From positions 16,233,267 through 16,287,904 of the forward strand of contig NC_057751.1 of the NCBI RefSeq assembly GCF_004010195.1: a stretch of DNA of 54,638 nt, written 5' to 3'. A program made the translations under genes and the position numbers. The notes below the pieces were generated by a model. It was given only the letters and a program-made list of their open reading frames with translations. It did no database searches and was not told where the DNA came from. The first letter of the stretch is position 1, and every line of letters starts with the position of its first letter. This document shows, piece after piece, positions 37,060 through 48,741 of the stretch. This stretch comes from Chiloscyllium plagiosum. Its lineage: Eukaryota.

Positions 37060-37395
37060 GGTCAAAAAGTGTGGTGCTGGGAAAGCACAGCAAGTCAGGC
37101 AGCATCTGACAAGCAGGAGGGCTGACATTTCGAGCATACACTCTTCATCAAGTACATGGGGGAGGCCCGAGGGGGCTGAGAGGTAAATGGAATTGGGGGT
37201 GGAGCTTGGGGGAAGGTAGCTGGAAATGTGATAGGTGGATGAAGGTGAGGAGGGGCGACGGTGATAGGTCAGAGAGGATTGTGGGGAGGATAGTTGGGAG
37301 GGAAGATGGACAGGTCAAGAGGGCAGTGGAGGGTCGGATCTGGGATAAGGTCGGGGAGGGGAGAGGATGAAACTGGTGACATTGACGTTGACCCA
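37060..37395 (-). mobile_element. Penelope-like (second family) 3'/pLTR fragment
   Basis: Reverse-complement similarity to 54450-54638 and to 3110-3235; degenerate TTGATGA...GAAA core. Confidence 0.6.
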
Positions 37396-37611
37396 GCGCC
37401 AGGCTGTCTGACTCTGATCTCCAGCATCTGCAGTCCTCACTTTCCCCTGTTATTAAACTGGATTGTGTATTGGGTTATCCAACTAACCTATGGACAGTGC
37501 CTCTCCCCCGCTCCCCCAACGACGTGATAATGTTGGTGAACAGATTCCACAGCCACACGCTCCCCCCCCCAACCCCACACCACCTCCCCCTTGACCGTGA
37601 GGCAGACTCAC

Positions 37612-37774
37612 CGAAGTAGCTGAGGAGGACGGGCAGGAAGATCAGGCCGTGGACCAGACCCAGTAAGGTGATCACCAGGTTGAGGCGGAAGAAGAAGACT
37701 TGGATGAGCTGGGACTGAGCGAAATGCAGGACGATGATTCCGGGAAGGTTGGTCATCGCCACGCCCGCAAAGAC
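37612..37774 (-). CDS. NPC1L1: NPC1L1 penultimate exon
   Basis: VFAGVAMTNLPGIIVLHFAQSQLIQVFFFRLNLVITLLGLVHGLIFLPVLLSYF; 163 nt; donor GTGAGT; phase 1. Confidence 0.96.
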
Positions 37775-37869
37775 CTGTCAGGGGGTAAACGGACACCATT
37801 GGAGGGGGGGAGAGAGCGAGCTCGGTCAGGGAAAGGAGCGCCGCCCCTGGCTGTCTCCGCTGGCAGGGG

Positions 37870-38578
37870 GCCCGGCAGGTCATCCTCTATCCCAGAATCC
37901 CTGGCGGGTCATCCTCTATCCCAGATTTCTTATCAAGCTGATGGTTCAGCTCTCGGCCGGCGGGTCATCCCGAATCCCAGAATTCCCAGTGGGTTATCCT
38001 CAGTCCCAGAATTCCCGATGAGTTGACTGTTCAGCTCACGGCTGGCAGGTAATCCCCAGTCCCAGAATTCCCGCCGAGTTGACTGTTCAGCTCACGGCTG
38101 GCGGGTCATCCCCAGTCCCAGAATTCCCAGTGAGTTGACTGTTCAGCTCACGGCTGGCGGGTCATCCCCAGTCCCAGAATTCCCGGCGAGCTGAGTCTGT
38201 TCAGCTCATGGCCGGCGGGTCATCCCCAGTCCCAGAATTCCCGCCGAGTTGACTGTTCAGCTCACGGCCGGCAGGTCATCCCCAATCCCAGAATTCCCGG
38301 CGAGTTGACTGTTCAGCTCACGGCTGGCGGGTCATCCCCAATCCCAGCATTCCCAGCGAGCTGAGTCTGTTCAGCTCTCACACCACACCAGGTTATAGTC
38401 CAACAGGTTTATTTGGAAGCACTAGCTTTCGGAGTGACGCTCCTACATCCGGGAGCTCGTGGGGCAGGATCAGGTCATCCCCAATCCCAGAATTCCCGGC
38501 GAGTTGACTGTTCAGCTCACGGCTGGCGGGTCATCCCCAATCCCAGCATTCCCAGCGAGCTGAGTCTGTTCAGCTCTC
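37870..38578. repeat. 56-bp minisatellite, left part
   Basis: Unit GTTCAGCTCACGGCTGGCGGGTCATCCCCAGTCCCAGAATTCCCGGCGAGTTGACT. Confidence 0.93.
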
Positions 38579-40338
38579 ACACCACACCAGGTTGTAGTCC
38601 AACAGGTTTATTTGGAAGCACTAGCTTTCGGAGTGATGCTCCTTCATCCGGGAGCTCGTGGGGCAGGATCATATGACACAGACTTAATAGCAAAAGGTTT
38701 ACAGTGTCATTCAACTGAAACGAGATATTGAACAAACCTAGCTTGCTGTGAAATCTTTCATCTCTTAGAATGGGTTGCAGGTTTCAGTTCTTTAATATGT
38801 AAATCCCAGAACTACTTTTAAGTCACGGTCTCAAGATAACTTCAGGCTTTATAAGAAAAGGTGCCATCTCAGCTCAGTGCATTAAAGGTGGGAGGTTAGA
38901 GTCTGTCTGTATCCCAGTCTTGAGTCAGACTGGTTCCACTTCCAAAGTGGAATTTACAAAATAGTCCATGGAATGACTGTCTGCAGATTATGCATTTTTT
39001 TGGAGCAAAATAGAATGTATCTGCAAATATAGTTCTGCAAAGACAAATTCGCCCCATAGACACACGGCCCATTTGTGTGTGTGTGCGCATGAGAGAGAGA
39101 GAAGGAGAGAGAGCGAGAGAGTGTTTGCATCTGAGTGTGAGTGTGATGGAGTATAAGCCTGTGAGAGGATGTGTGCGTGGGTGTGGGGGCTGTATGTGGA
39201 GGCTTAGGGAAGGTCTTGGTGAGGTGCTCACCCCCCGTCGATAATGTGTTGCAGGCAGCGAAGAACGAGGTGTCATTTCTCGGCTCCCGGGAAGTACTGG
39301 ACAACAAAGGTTACCCTGCCGGTTGCAACCAGTGTCTATCTCCTGAGGAGGTCATTACGGTTTCTCGCTGTGGCCCATTCGTGCTGGCGATCAATGAGTT
39401 GAGCGTCATACCCTGTCCTTCTAAGGGCATGGTGAGGAACACTTCAGCAGTCAGGGACATTCGGCCTCGGATCTTCGGGTGACCACCCTCCCAGGCGGAC
39501 TTCGGGACAGGGAACAACGTAGAGGGGCCGAGCAGAGGCTGATGGCCAAGTTTGGTAACCATGGGGATGGCCTCAACCGGGACCTTGGGGTCATGTCACA
39601 CTACAGGTGACCCCACTGCCCTGTACACTCTATCACACACACACACAATCTAACATACACACAGACTCACGCAGACTCTCTTTCATACACATGCTCTCTC
39701 TTATACACACACACATACACCGCACCCCCCCACAACACTCTCACCAATGCACACATCCTCTCACAGGTTTCTGCTACATCCCACACACACACACTTGACC
39801 AAGCTTTCACACACGCAATCACACACTCACACTCACGTGCAAACACGCACACACTCACACTCTCTCTCTATGTCTCTCGATCTCTCAAGCACACACACAC
39901 ACAAACAAGTCTATGGGGTGAATTTGTCTTTGCAGAATTATATTTGCAGATACATCTTATTTTGCTCAAAAATGCACAATCTGCAGGCAGTCAATCCATG
40001 GAATATTTTGTAAATTCCACTTTGGAAGTGGAACCAGTCTGACTCAAGATTGGGATACAGACAGACTCTTGATCTCACACCTTTAATGCATTGTCTGAGC
40101 TGAGATGTCGCCTTTTCTTATAAAACTTTAAGTTAGCTTGAGAATGTGACTTGAAAAAAGTTCTAGGACTTACATATTAATGAACTGCGCCTTATGATCA
40201 TATACTCCACAACCACCTGATGAAGGGGCGTCGCTCCGAAAGCTAGTGCTTCCAAATAAACCTGTTGGACTCTAACCTGGTGTTGTGTGATTTTTAATCT
40301 TGTCCACCCCAGTCCAACACCAGCTCCTCCACATCATG
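38578..40338 (+). mobile_element. Penelope-like retroelement remnant with inverted terminal copy
   Basis: 39435-39610 encodes EHFSSQGHSASDLRV...RRGAEQRLMAKFG...GLNRDLGVMSHYR* (PLE GIY-YIG C-terminus). 38578-39070 is the reverse complement of ~39900-40290. Hammerhead-like core at 40217. Confidence 0.8.
40214..40248 (+). ncRNA. Minimal hammerhead ribozyme motif (PLE-type)
   Basis: CAC-CTGATGA-A-GGGGC-gtc-GCTCC-GAAA-GC-TA-GTG: core boxes, stem II, stem I (CAC/GTG), palindromic short stem III. Confidence 0.6.
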
Positions 40339-40630
40339 GTTCAGCTCTCAACCGGCGGGTCATCCTGAATCCCAGAATTCTCGGTGAGCTGACAGTTCAG
40401 CTCATGGCCGGCGGGTCATCCTCAATCCCAGGATTCCCGGCGAGCTGACGGTTCAGCTCACAGCTGGCGGGTCGTCCACAATCCCAGAATTCCTGGTGAT
40501 CTGACTGTTCAGCTAATGGCCGGCGGGTCATCCCCAATCCCAGGATTCCCAGCGAGCTGACAGTTCAGCTCATGGCTGGTGGGTCATCCCCAATCCCAGA
40601 ATTCCCGGCGAGCTGACGGTTCAGTTCTCA
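40339..40630. repeat. 56-bp minisatellite, right part
   Basis: Same unit and orientation as 37870-38578, resuming after the Penelope-like insertion. Confidence 0.93.
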
Positions 40631-40709
40631 GCCCCCACAAGCCATGCAAGACGCCCCCCTACCTGTACATGGCGCGATGGCATGTGCAGCCCCAGTCCCT
40701 CATACCTAC

Positions 40710-40823
40710 CGCACTGCCCATGGTGTAAGTGGCCTCCTTTGCCCGCTCCACCTTACTCCCTTTGGTGCTGACGGCGAAGGAGCGTGTGAGGTGAGAGACA
40801 AACTCCACGGAGATGCCGACTGC
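40710..40823 (-). CDS. NPC1L1: NPC1L1 internal exon
   Basis: [38 protein letters not shown]; 114 nt; CAG/GTAGGT. Confidence 0.95.
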
Positions 40824-41074
40824 CTGCAGGGAACAGACGCCAGAATGAGAGCTGGGCAGGAGGGGTGAGAGGGGGAGAAGGGCACAGGGTGCCAGGGCTA
40901 ATAGGGTTCAGGTAGAAACCTGGAGCCCTGGCAGTGCCATGTACTTCCTCACAGAGAGGGGGCTGACGGAGTGGCAAACTGGGTAACCCCACACCCCCAC
41001 ACCATCGTCAGGGTGCCCAGGTGATACCCTTTGAACATTGAAAGACAATATAAAATAGAGGGTACAAGGGCAAC

Positions 41075-41775
41075 AGCTGCCTCACGGCGCCAGGAACTGA
41101 GTTCGATTCCAGCCTCGGGCTACAGTGTGTGTGTGGAGTTTGCACATTCTCCCCATCTCTGCGTGGGTTTCCTCCTGCAGTCCAAGGATGTGCTGGTTAG
41201 GGTGGATTGGCCATGCTAAATTACCCATAGTGCTCAGGGATGTGCAGGTTTGGGTGGATTGGCCATGCTAAATTACCCATAGTGCTCAGGGATGTGCAGG
41301 TTAGGGTGCGTTGGCCGTGTTAAATTACCCATAGTGCTCAGGGATGTGCAGGTTTGGGTGGATTGGCCATGGGAAATTACACACCATGCCCAGGGTTGTA
41401 TAGGTCAGGTGGGTTAACCATAGGAAATGTGGAATTACAGGGATAGAGTACCATATTATAGAAAAGACGTCAACACATTGGAGAGAGAGCGTCGAAGCGA
41501 GTTACCCCATAGTGTTTAGGGATGTGCAGGTCAGGGTGGATTGGCCGTGCTAAATTACCCATAGTGCCCAGGGATGTGCAGGTCAGGGTGGATTGGCCGT
41601 GCTAAATTACCCATAGTGCCCAGGGATGTGCAGGTCAGGGTGGATTGTCCATGCTAAATTACCCATAGTGCTCAGGGATGTGCAGGTTAGTGTGCTTTGG
41701 CCGTGGGAAATTACACACCATGCCCAGGGTTGTATAGGTCAGGTGGGTTAACCATGGGAAATGTGGAATTACAGG
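41075..41775 (+). mobile_element. HE1-like SINE with 52-bp arrays and local duplication
   Basis: B box, 52-bp units, duplicated block. Confidence 0.8.
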
Positions 41776-42206
41776 GATAGAGTACCATATTATAGAAAAG
41801 ACGTCAACACATTGGAGAGAGAGCGTCGAAGCGAGTTACAAGAACGGGTTCCGGGGACGGGAAACCTCGGGGATGAGGAGTGATGGAAGAAGTTGGGAAT
41901 GTTCTCCTCGGAGAGGAGAGGGAGATCCGATAGAGGTTCTCGGAATCGGGCTGGACAGAGTCGAGAGGGAGAAGCTGGTGTGCAGGGAGGTTTTGTTACA
42001 TGAGCATCTCTTTTAAAAAGTAAGAGTGATCTTATTTTCCCAGCAGCTCTGAACCCTGCCTGATTCAGTGTGGGAAAGGTGAACCCCTGGGGTGGAGGGG
42101 AGATGGGACAGGGCAGAATAGCAGGAGCCGATGGGTCGAACAGTCTGAGTGGCGAGAAGCAGAGGGAGAGCCTGGTCTCACACACAGTGCACTGTGAGTG
42201 CCTTAC

Positions 42207-42438
42207 CGTCACCAGATTGATGAGGGAGACGGCGTTAAAGTCGATCCCCCAGAGCGTCATCACTCCCACCGTGTCCACGATGATCATCACGATGGTGAGC
42301 AGGTTGAGCAAGCCGGAGTGAATGTCCATTCCCAGCAAGATACAGCACACCACAAAGGTTGGGATCAGACACACGCCAATGTTGAAGATCCCCTCGTTCA
42401 CTATCGTCAGGTACTGCTCGTAATATACATAGGTAATC
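42207..42438 (-). CDS. NPC1L1: NPC1L1 internal exon (transmembrane helices)
   Basis: ITYVYYEQYLTIVNEG...GLLNLLTIVMIIVDTVGVMTLWGIDFNAVSLINLVT; 232 nt; CAG/GTAAGG. Confidence 0.96.
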
Positions 42439-42469
42439 CTGTAATCCAGAGAAAGGGATAGTAGGTGGA

Positions 42470-43335
42470 TCTGCCAGGGGCTGGGAATCCTGCAGTGAGT
42501 AACTCTTTCCCCACTGCCCACCCCCACCAACTCCCCCCCAAAGCCTGTCCCCACCATCGGCAAGGCACAAGTCAGGGTAGCGTGATGGAATACAGTCGAT
42601 TCTCCATGTTTCCTCAACACGATTGAAGAACTTGGGGCGGCACGGTGGCTCAGTGGTTAGCACTGCTGCCTCACAGCGCTAGAGACCCGGGTTCAATTCC
42701 CACCTCAGGCGACTGACTGTGTGGAGTTTGCACGTTCTCCCCGTGTCTGCGTGGGTTTCCCCCGGGTGCTCCGGTTTCCTCCCACAGTCCAAAGATGTGC
42801 AGGTTAGGTGAATTGGCCATGCTAAAATTGCCCGTAGTGTTAGGTAAAGGGGTAAATGTAGGGGTCTGGGTGGGTTGCGCTTCGGCGGGGGGCTGTGGAT
42901 TTGTTGGGCCGAAGGGCCTGTTTCCACACTGTAAGTAATCTAATCTAAACTTGGACGGTTGTCTGCAGAGCATGTACTGTCCTTCCCTGTATTGGCTGTA
43001 ATCGGATTCCAGCCTCATTTGTTTAAACAGTGCTGCTGCTGCGTGATTTTCTTGTCACGCGAGATCGCCCAAGAACGGAACTCTCACCTTATGCCAGACC
43101 AGACTGTCCCCACTTGGATGGGGGGGGGAGGGGGGCAGCTCCGACAACACTCCAAGCTCGACACCATCCAGGGACAAAGCAGCCCCCCCCCCCCCGCTCG
43201 ATTATCCCCACCCCCACAAACCCCCCCACTCCCTCCACCCGCCCCGACGCTCAGTAGCAGCAGTGGGTACCATCCACAGGACGCACTGCAGCAACTCCCC
43301 CAGGGTCCTCACCTTCCAAACCCCACGGCCAGTTC
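42470..43335 (+). mobile_element. Older non-LTR LINE family RT C-terminus (LGILQ..QSLSTI.KAQV...EYSPL..AAPTTL.KLDTIQ), split by the SINE; related pieces at 45715-45993 (-) and 54017-54070
   Basis: Degenerate translation motifs shared among three copies in the window. Confidence 0.6.
42634..42950 (+). mobile_element. Full-length shark tRNA-derived SINE (HE1-like)
   Basis: A box TGGCTCAGTGG, B box GGTTCAATTCC, body, LINE-like 3' end GGGCCGAAGGGCCTGTTTCC and (AATCT)n tail. Confidence 0.9.
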
Positions 43336-44297
43336 CACCTAAATTTAAAAGGGACCTAAGGGGCAATTTTATCACGCAGAGGGTGGTGCGTGGAGGGAAC
43401 AAGCTGCCAGAGGAAGTGGAGGAGGCTGGTACAATGACAACATTTAAAAGGCAGTTGGGATAGGAAAGACATGGGCCAAACGCTGGCAAATGGGGCTGGA
43501 ATAATGGAGGATATCTGGTCAGCATGGATGAGTTGGACCGAAGGGTCTGTTTCGGTGCTGTACAGCTCTATGATTGCATAAGGATGAAGGGGACGAGAAA
43601 GATCAGAGGGAGCTCCTCCACAGATGCCTGAGGGCAGCAGGAGGGGGAATAGGGTGTGTTAGACAACGACACTGGCCTTGATCAGTCGGGGTGTGGGTTA
43701 TAAGAGCAGGGAGGTTACGCCAGAGCTGTCCGGGCCACAGCTGGAGTACGGCGTGCAGTTCTGGCTCCCCACACTGTCGGAAGGATGGGGTTGGACTGGA
43801 AGGGAAGTGCAGAGGGAGACTCACCAGGACGTTACCTGGGACGGAGCAGGTCGGAGGCTGGATACGCCTCGGGTCGTATCCAGTGGAGCAGAAGGGAGGG
43901 ATCCGTTAGAGGGTGTGGCGGATGATGAGGGTGGGTAGAAAGCAGCTTAGATGTGAACACGGGGGGGGCCATCTTTTCACAAGGAGGGACTCGAGGGGAC
44001 TTGAGGAGATGACCATACCAAATCAAGTAAAAGTCGATCTCCTGTAAAAGCCCTCTTCTTTTGGCCATAAATATATGGAAAATTCCAGCTACCACATGTG
44101 AAAGTCGACCCTGGTTCTGCACAGCTAACAGATCGACATTAGTGAACTGGCCACCCCACTCCGCCTGGCTTCAATCCAGATCTTCAGAATTACCGTAACT
44201 TCAGTTAGTTTGGTTTCTGAGTTGCGTTGGAGATTAATTGAGTGTCTGCTCTCAAAAGTAGTACCCGTCTATTGGTCGCTAACTTAACCTTACAAAG

Positions 44298-44775
44298 TTA
44301 GCACTGCTGCCTCACGGCGCCAGGGACCCAGGTTCGATTCCAGCCTCGGGCGACTGTCTGTGTGGGGTTTGCACATTCTCCCCGTGTCTGTGTGGGTTTC
44401 CTCCGGGTGCTCCGGTTTCCTCCCACAGTCCAAAGATGTGCAGGTTAGGGTGGATTGGCCATGCTAAATTACCCACAGTGCCCAGGGATGTGCAGGTTAG
44501 GGTGGATTGGCCGTGCTAAATTACCCATAGTGCTCAGGGATGTGCAGGTAAGGGTGGATTGGCCATGCTAACTTACCCATAGTGTTCAGGGATGTGCAGG
44601 TTAGGGTGGATTGGCCGTGCTAAATTACCCATAGTGCTCAGGGATGTGCAGGTTAGCTGGGGTAAATGTAAAGTTCGGGTTGAGGCAGAGGAATGGGCCT
44701 GGGTAGTGACTCTTCCGAGGGTCGGTGTGGACTTGTTCGACCAAATGGTCTGTTTCCACACTGTCGGGATTCTAC
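44298..44775 (+). mobile_element. HE1-like SINE with 52-bp expansion
   Basis: Head, ~4 units, tail. Confidence 0.88.
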
Positions 44776-45143
44776 GATCTGGTCAAGAAAATTCGACGAC
44801 TGCCGGAGTGGAAGTGGGAAGTTTCACCCAGAGGGTGGTGGGAGTCTGGAATACAGTGCCCGAAAACGGGAGTTGAGTTGGGAAAGCGCACAACTTTTGA
44901 AAAAGACAATGATGAGCCACTTGCCACACCAAGGCTTTGGGCCTAGTGTGGGGAAGTGGGACCTGTGTCGGGCGTTTTGGCCAGGTGATAGGCCGAAGCA
45001 CCTCTTCTGAACGGTACGATGAATTCAGTCCAGTTACATCAAACACGGTGAATGTCTGTCACCTCATCAAACGCAGAACCCCACCTCGCTACTCCCAGGA
45101 GAAGTGACAGAACAGGAGGCTTTAACCGTGACTGAAAACTCAC

Positions 45144-45294
45144 GTGTAGGGGAAGACTTCAAAGTTTGGATCGGTCCCCGGGATCTCCCTCATGCTCCTT
45201 GTGATATTGGCCGCGAGTTCACGAGACACTCTCAGAGCCGCAGTGTACTCCAGTGAATTTTTCAGAGGTGTATGGTAAGCCATGAACCTGGACG
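45144..45294 (-). CDS. NPC1L1: NPC1L1 internal exon
   Basis: ASRFMAYHTPLKNSLEYTAALRVSRELAANITRSMREIPGTDPNFEVFPYT; the GTDP.FEVFPY motif is NPC1L1-type; 151 nt. Confidence 0.96.
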
Positions 45295-46152
45295 CTGGAC
45301 AGCAAAACAATAGACATTTCCTACTTGATGTTAACAAGACATTCTCAGCACGTCACTCACAAGGTCATACAGCACGGAAACAGGCCCTTCGGTCCACCTC
45401 ACCCATGTTGACCAGACATCCCAACCCAATCTAGTCCCACTTAGAGTCATAGAGATGTACAGCACGGAAACAGATCCCTTCGGTCCAACCCGTCCATGCT
45501 GACCCAGATATCCCAACCCAATCTCGTCCCACCTGCCAGCACTTAGCCCAAACCCCTCTACACCCTTCCCATTCATATACCCATCCAAATGCCTTTTAAA
45601 TGTTGTAATTGTACCAGCCTCCACTACATCCTCTGGCAGCTCATTCCATACACGTACCACCCTCTGCGTGAAAAAGTTGCCCCTTAGGTCCCTTTTATAT
45701 CTTTCCCCTTGTCCTTCCCGCTGGAAGTGGCCGTGGGGTTTGGAAGGTGCTGTCTGAGGAGCCTGGGGGAGTTGCTGCAGTGCGTCTTGTAGATGGTACC
45801 CACTGCTGTTACTGAGCGTCAGGGGGTGGAGGGAGTGGGGGTTTGTGGGGGTGGGGACAATCGAGTGGAGGTTGCTTTGTCCCTGGATGGTGTCGATTTT
45901 CTCGAGTGTTGTTGAAGCTGCCCTCCCCCCATCCAGGGCAAGTGGGGAGTATTCCCTCACACCCTCCTGACTTGGGCCTTGTCGATGGTGGGGNNNNNNN
46001 NNNNNNNNNNNNNNNNNNNNNNNNNNNNNNNNNNNNNNNNNNNNNNNNNNNNNNNNNNNNNNNNNNNNNNNNNNNNNNNNNNNNNNNNNNNNNNNNNNNN
46101 NNNNNNNNNNNNNNNNNNNNNNNNNNNNNNNNNNNNNNNNNNNNNNNNNNNN

Positions 46153-46830
46153 GGGATCTTGGTGTCCATGTACACGGATCTTTGAAAGTTGCCACCCAGG
46201 TAAATAGTGCGGTGAAGGAGGCATATGGCGTACTGGCTTTTATTGGTAGAGGAATTGAGTTCTGGAGTACTGAGGTCATGTTGCAGTTGTATAAGACTCT
46301 GGTGCAGCCGCCTCTGGAGTATTGTGTGCAGTTTTGGTTGCCATACTATAGGAAGGATGTGGAGGCACTGGAACTGGTGCAGAAGATGTTTACCAGGATG
46401 TTGCCTGGTATGGTAGAAAGATCGTATGAGGAAAGGCTGAGGCACTTGGGGTTGTTTTCATTGGAGAAAAGAAGGTTTAGGGGTGACTTGATAGAGGTGT
46501 ATAAGATGATTAGGGGTTTAGATAGGGTCGACAGTGAGAATCTTTTTCCTCGTATGGAGTCAGCTATTATGAGGGGGCATAGCTTTAAATTAAGGGGGGG
46601 GGGTAGGTATAGGAGAGATGTTAGGGGTAGGTTCTTTACTCTGCGGGTCGTGAGTTCATGGAATGCCCTGCCAGTAGCAGTGGTGGACTCTCCCTCATTA
46701 TGGGCCTTTAAGCGGGCATTGGATAGGCATATGGAGGATAGTGGGCTAGTGTAGGTTAGGTGGGCTTGGATCGGCGCAACATCGAGGGCCGAAGGGCCTG
46801 TACTGCGCTGTATTCTTCTATGTTCTATGT
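46153..46830 (+). mobile_element. CR1-like LINE 3' fragment (different subfamily)
   Basis: DLGVHVHGSLK...LEYCVQFW...LGLFSLEKRRFRGDLIEVYK; (TTCTATG) tail. Confidence 0.9.
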
Positions 46831-46870
46831 TCCAAGTGTGTTTGGTTTCCAAACGTTCCCGTGCACTCAC

Positions 46871-46926
46871 CCAAGATCTCGCCTTTTGGTCCTCTTTTCA
46901 CCGCATTCCCGTAAGCTCCCAGACCC
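46871..46926 (-). CDS. NPC1L1: NPC1L1 small internal exon
   Basis: GLGAYGNAVKRGPKGEIL (cf. GLAAYSTSV...GQVL); 56 nt; CAG/GTGAGT; restores frame between the flanking exons. Confidence 0.88.
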
Positions 46927-47400
46927 CTGGAAAAGTAACAAGTTCTCCTCAGAGCGATCACTCGTCGGTTAAAAGGACACCGAACATATTAACGGTAACC
47001 TGGTCTCGCCAACCTGGTCACAGCCATTTCCAACTCGAATTACTCTTTCTGGACGTACATTCATACAGCATGGAAACAGACCCTTCAGTCCAACCCGTCC
47101 ATGCCGACCCAGCTATCCTACATTAATCTGGTCCCGTTCGTCACCAACTGGCCCATTGAGGCAGAGATCGGACATTATGGGATGTTCTGGGCCTGAGGAT
47201 AGCGTGCGGTTTTGAGGGCGAAGGTCAGCCCTGACAGAGCAGGCTCAGCCAGGCCTACCCCTTAGGCCTTTGTCGTGCAGGAGGCAAAGTCATTGGCCAT
47301 CCGTTGGGGTTGGTACCTTCAGGCATTTCTTGGCCTCCTCCCCCAGCGTACCTCAGCGTGAGCCGAATGTGTTCCCCTCCGTTGCTTTGGAACAACTTAC

Positions 47401-47530
47401 CCCTTGGAGCACTGCAGAGTAGGAGTGTCGTTCAGGAAACTCGGCAGGTACAGATTGAACTGCGTGATGTCTGGCCGGATGATGCCAGTCTGATTTGACT
47501 TCATGCACTTCTTACGGCAATTCAGCTGAT
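47401..47530 (-). CDS. NPC1L1: NPC1L1 internal exon
   Basis: NQLNCRKKCMKSNQTGIIRPDITQFNLYLPSFLNDTPTLQCSKG; 130 nt; CAG/GTAAGT. Confidence 0.92.
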
Positions 47531-48375
47531 CTGGGCGAGGCGGAATGAAAAACGTCAACGCTGACGGTCAATCCCGGGCCTCGGTTAAACAAACCCTCGC
47601 TGCCAACGGCGGCGGAAAGGGGCGACTCATTGGCGAAGGTGGTCCCCCTGGCACCCGTCAGGACAAAAACAAAACAAAGCAACGAGAATGCCAACCCGCA
47701 TAGCAATCGGGGCAATTTATGCGCTGCCTGGTTGGCAAGTCGGCTCTGATTGGCTGAGGTGTTGCTGTGGAGACAGGCTCCCACAATGCCCTGTTGTTTT
47801 GAAAAGGGCACGAGGTGTGCGTGGCGAGACCTGTCAGCGGGCATTTCACTTTGGGTTTCTGCGGGCGTGGGGCAAATTCCAGCCTGTTTGGGGGAGGGTG
47901 GGGGTGTCAAGACCTACAGGCTCAGGGGGAAGTCTGCCATCTCACCCAATGATTGTCCTGTGACCTGCTCCCTTAATCAACACCTCAGGTGGCACAAGAA
48001 GATGGGTTGGGTGGCAGCCATTGGAGCAGCTTATCTTGTAAGGAATTGCCCCCTCTCAATGCTCCAGTTCTTGCATGGAATACGGTGGCACCCGTAGGAT
48101 TACCCTAGCGGAACAGGAGGAGGCCATTCACCGGATTAGCCACACTTCCCCGCCCTGCCAACAGGTGGCGATCCAACTCCTCATCGGGTTGAATCGGCTT
48201 TAACGTTCCCCAAGCCGTTAGCCACTCGCTCCGTGACCGACAGCGCCAACTGCAGAGTCAGTGCCGCCCCGGCTCCCGCCAACTCCCCACCTCCTCCCCT
48301 CCCTCCTCCCCCCCCCGTCTCCACGGTCTTGTGCAGGGGCAGTTGGTGGTGGTGGTGGAGGTGGGGAGGACTCAC

Positions 48376-48503
48376 TGTTGGTTGCCGGGCAGAACTGGCC
48401 GGCGTTGGGTCCCAAAGCGAAGAGCCGACAGCAACGGGATATCGGATTGAGCCAGTCGAGGAAGTCGTCCACCCAGGAGGATGCTGGGATGGCCATGTAG
48501 GAC
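48376..48503 (-). CDS. NPC1L1: NPC1L1 internal exon
   Basis: SYMAIPASSWVDDFLDWLNPISRCCRLFALGPNAGQFCPATN; 128 nt; TAG/GTGAGT. Confidence 0.95.
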
Positions 48504-48741
48504 CTACAGAGGGAAAAGGGGGAGTGGGGGAGGGGCCCAACAAGAAAGAGAGAACAAATGAAAACATGGTGACCGGAACGCAGGGCGAGTGGAGACTTTC
48601 TGAAAGTACGCTCCTGTCTCGTCATCCAGAAGGGGATGAAACCTCCACGGGTGAAAATATTCCCTTGGCTGCCATTTTCAAGCGACCCTCTCCGCTCTCT
48701 GTGTTCACCTACACACCCAGCGCTGATCTGAAATCGGACCC

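Larger units (their letters stand above)
30257..37119. repeat. Tandem segmental duplication (copy 1 <=30257-33907; copy 2 33908-37119)
   Basis: Near-identical sequence at offset 4052, then 3827 after the 225-bp indel; duplicated ORFs visible in the track. Confidence 0.93.

Noticed and set aside
42634..42710. tRNA-like sequence with A and B boxes
   Set aside because: It is a SINE head continuing into SINE body and tail, not a tRNA gene.
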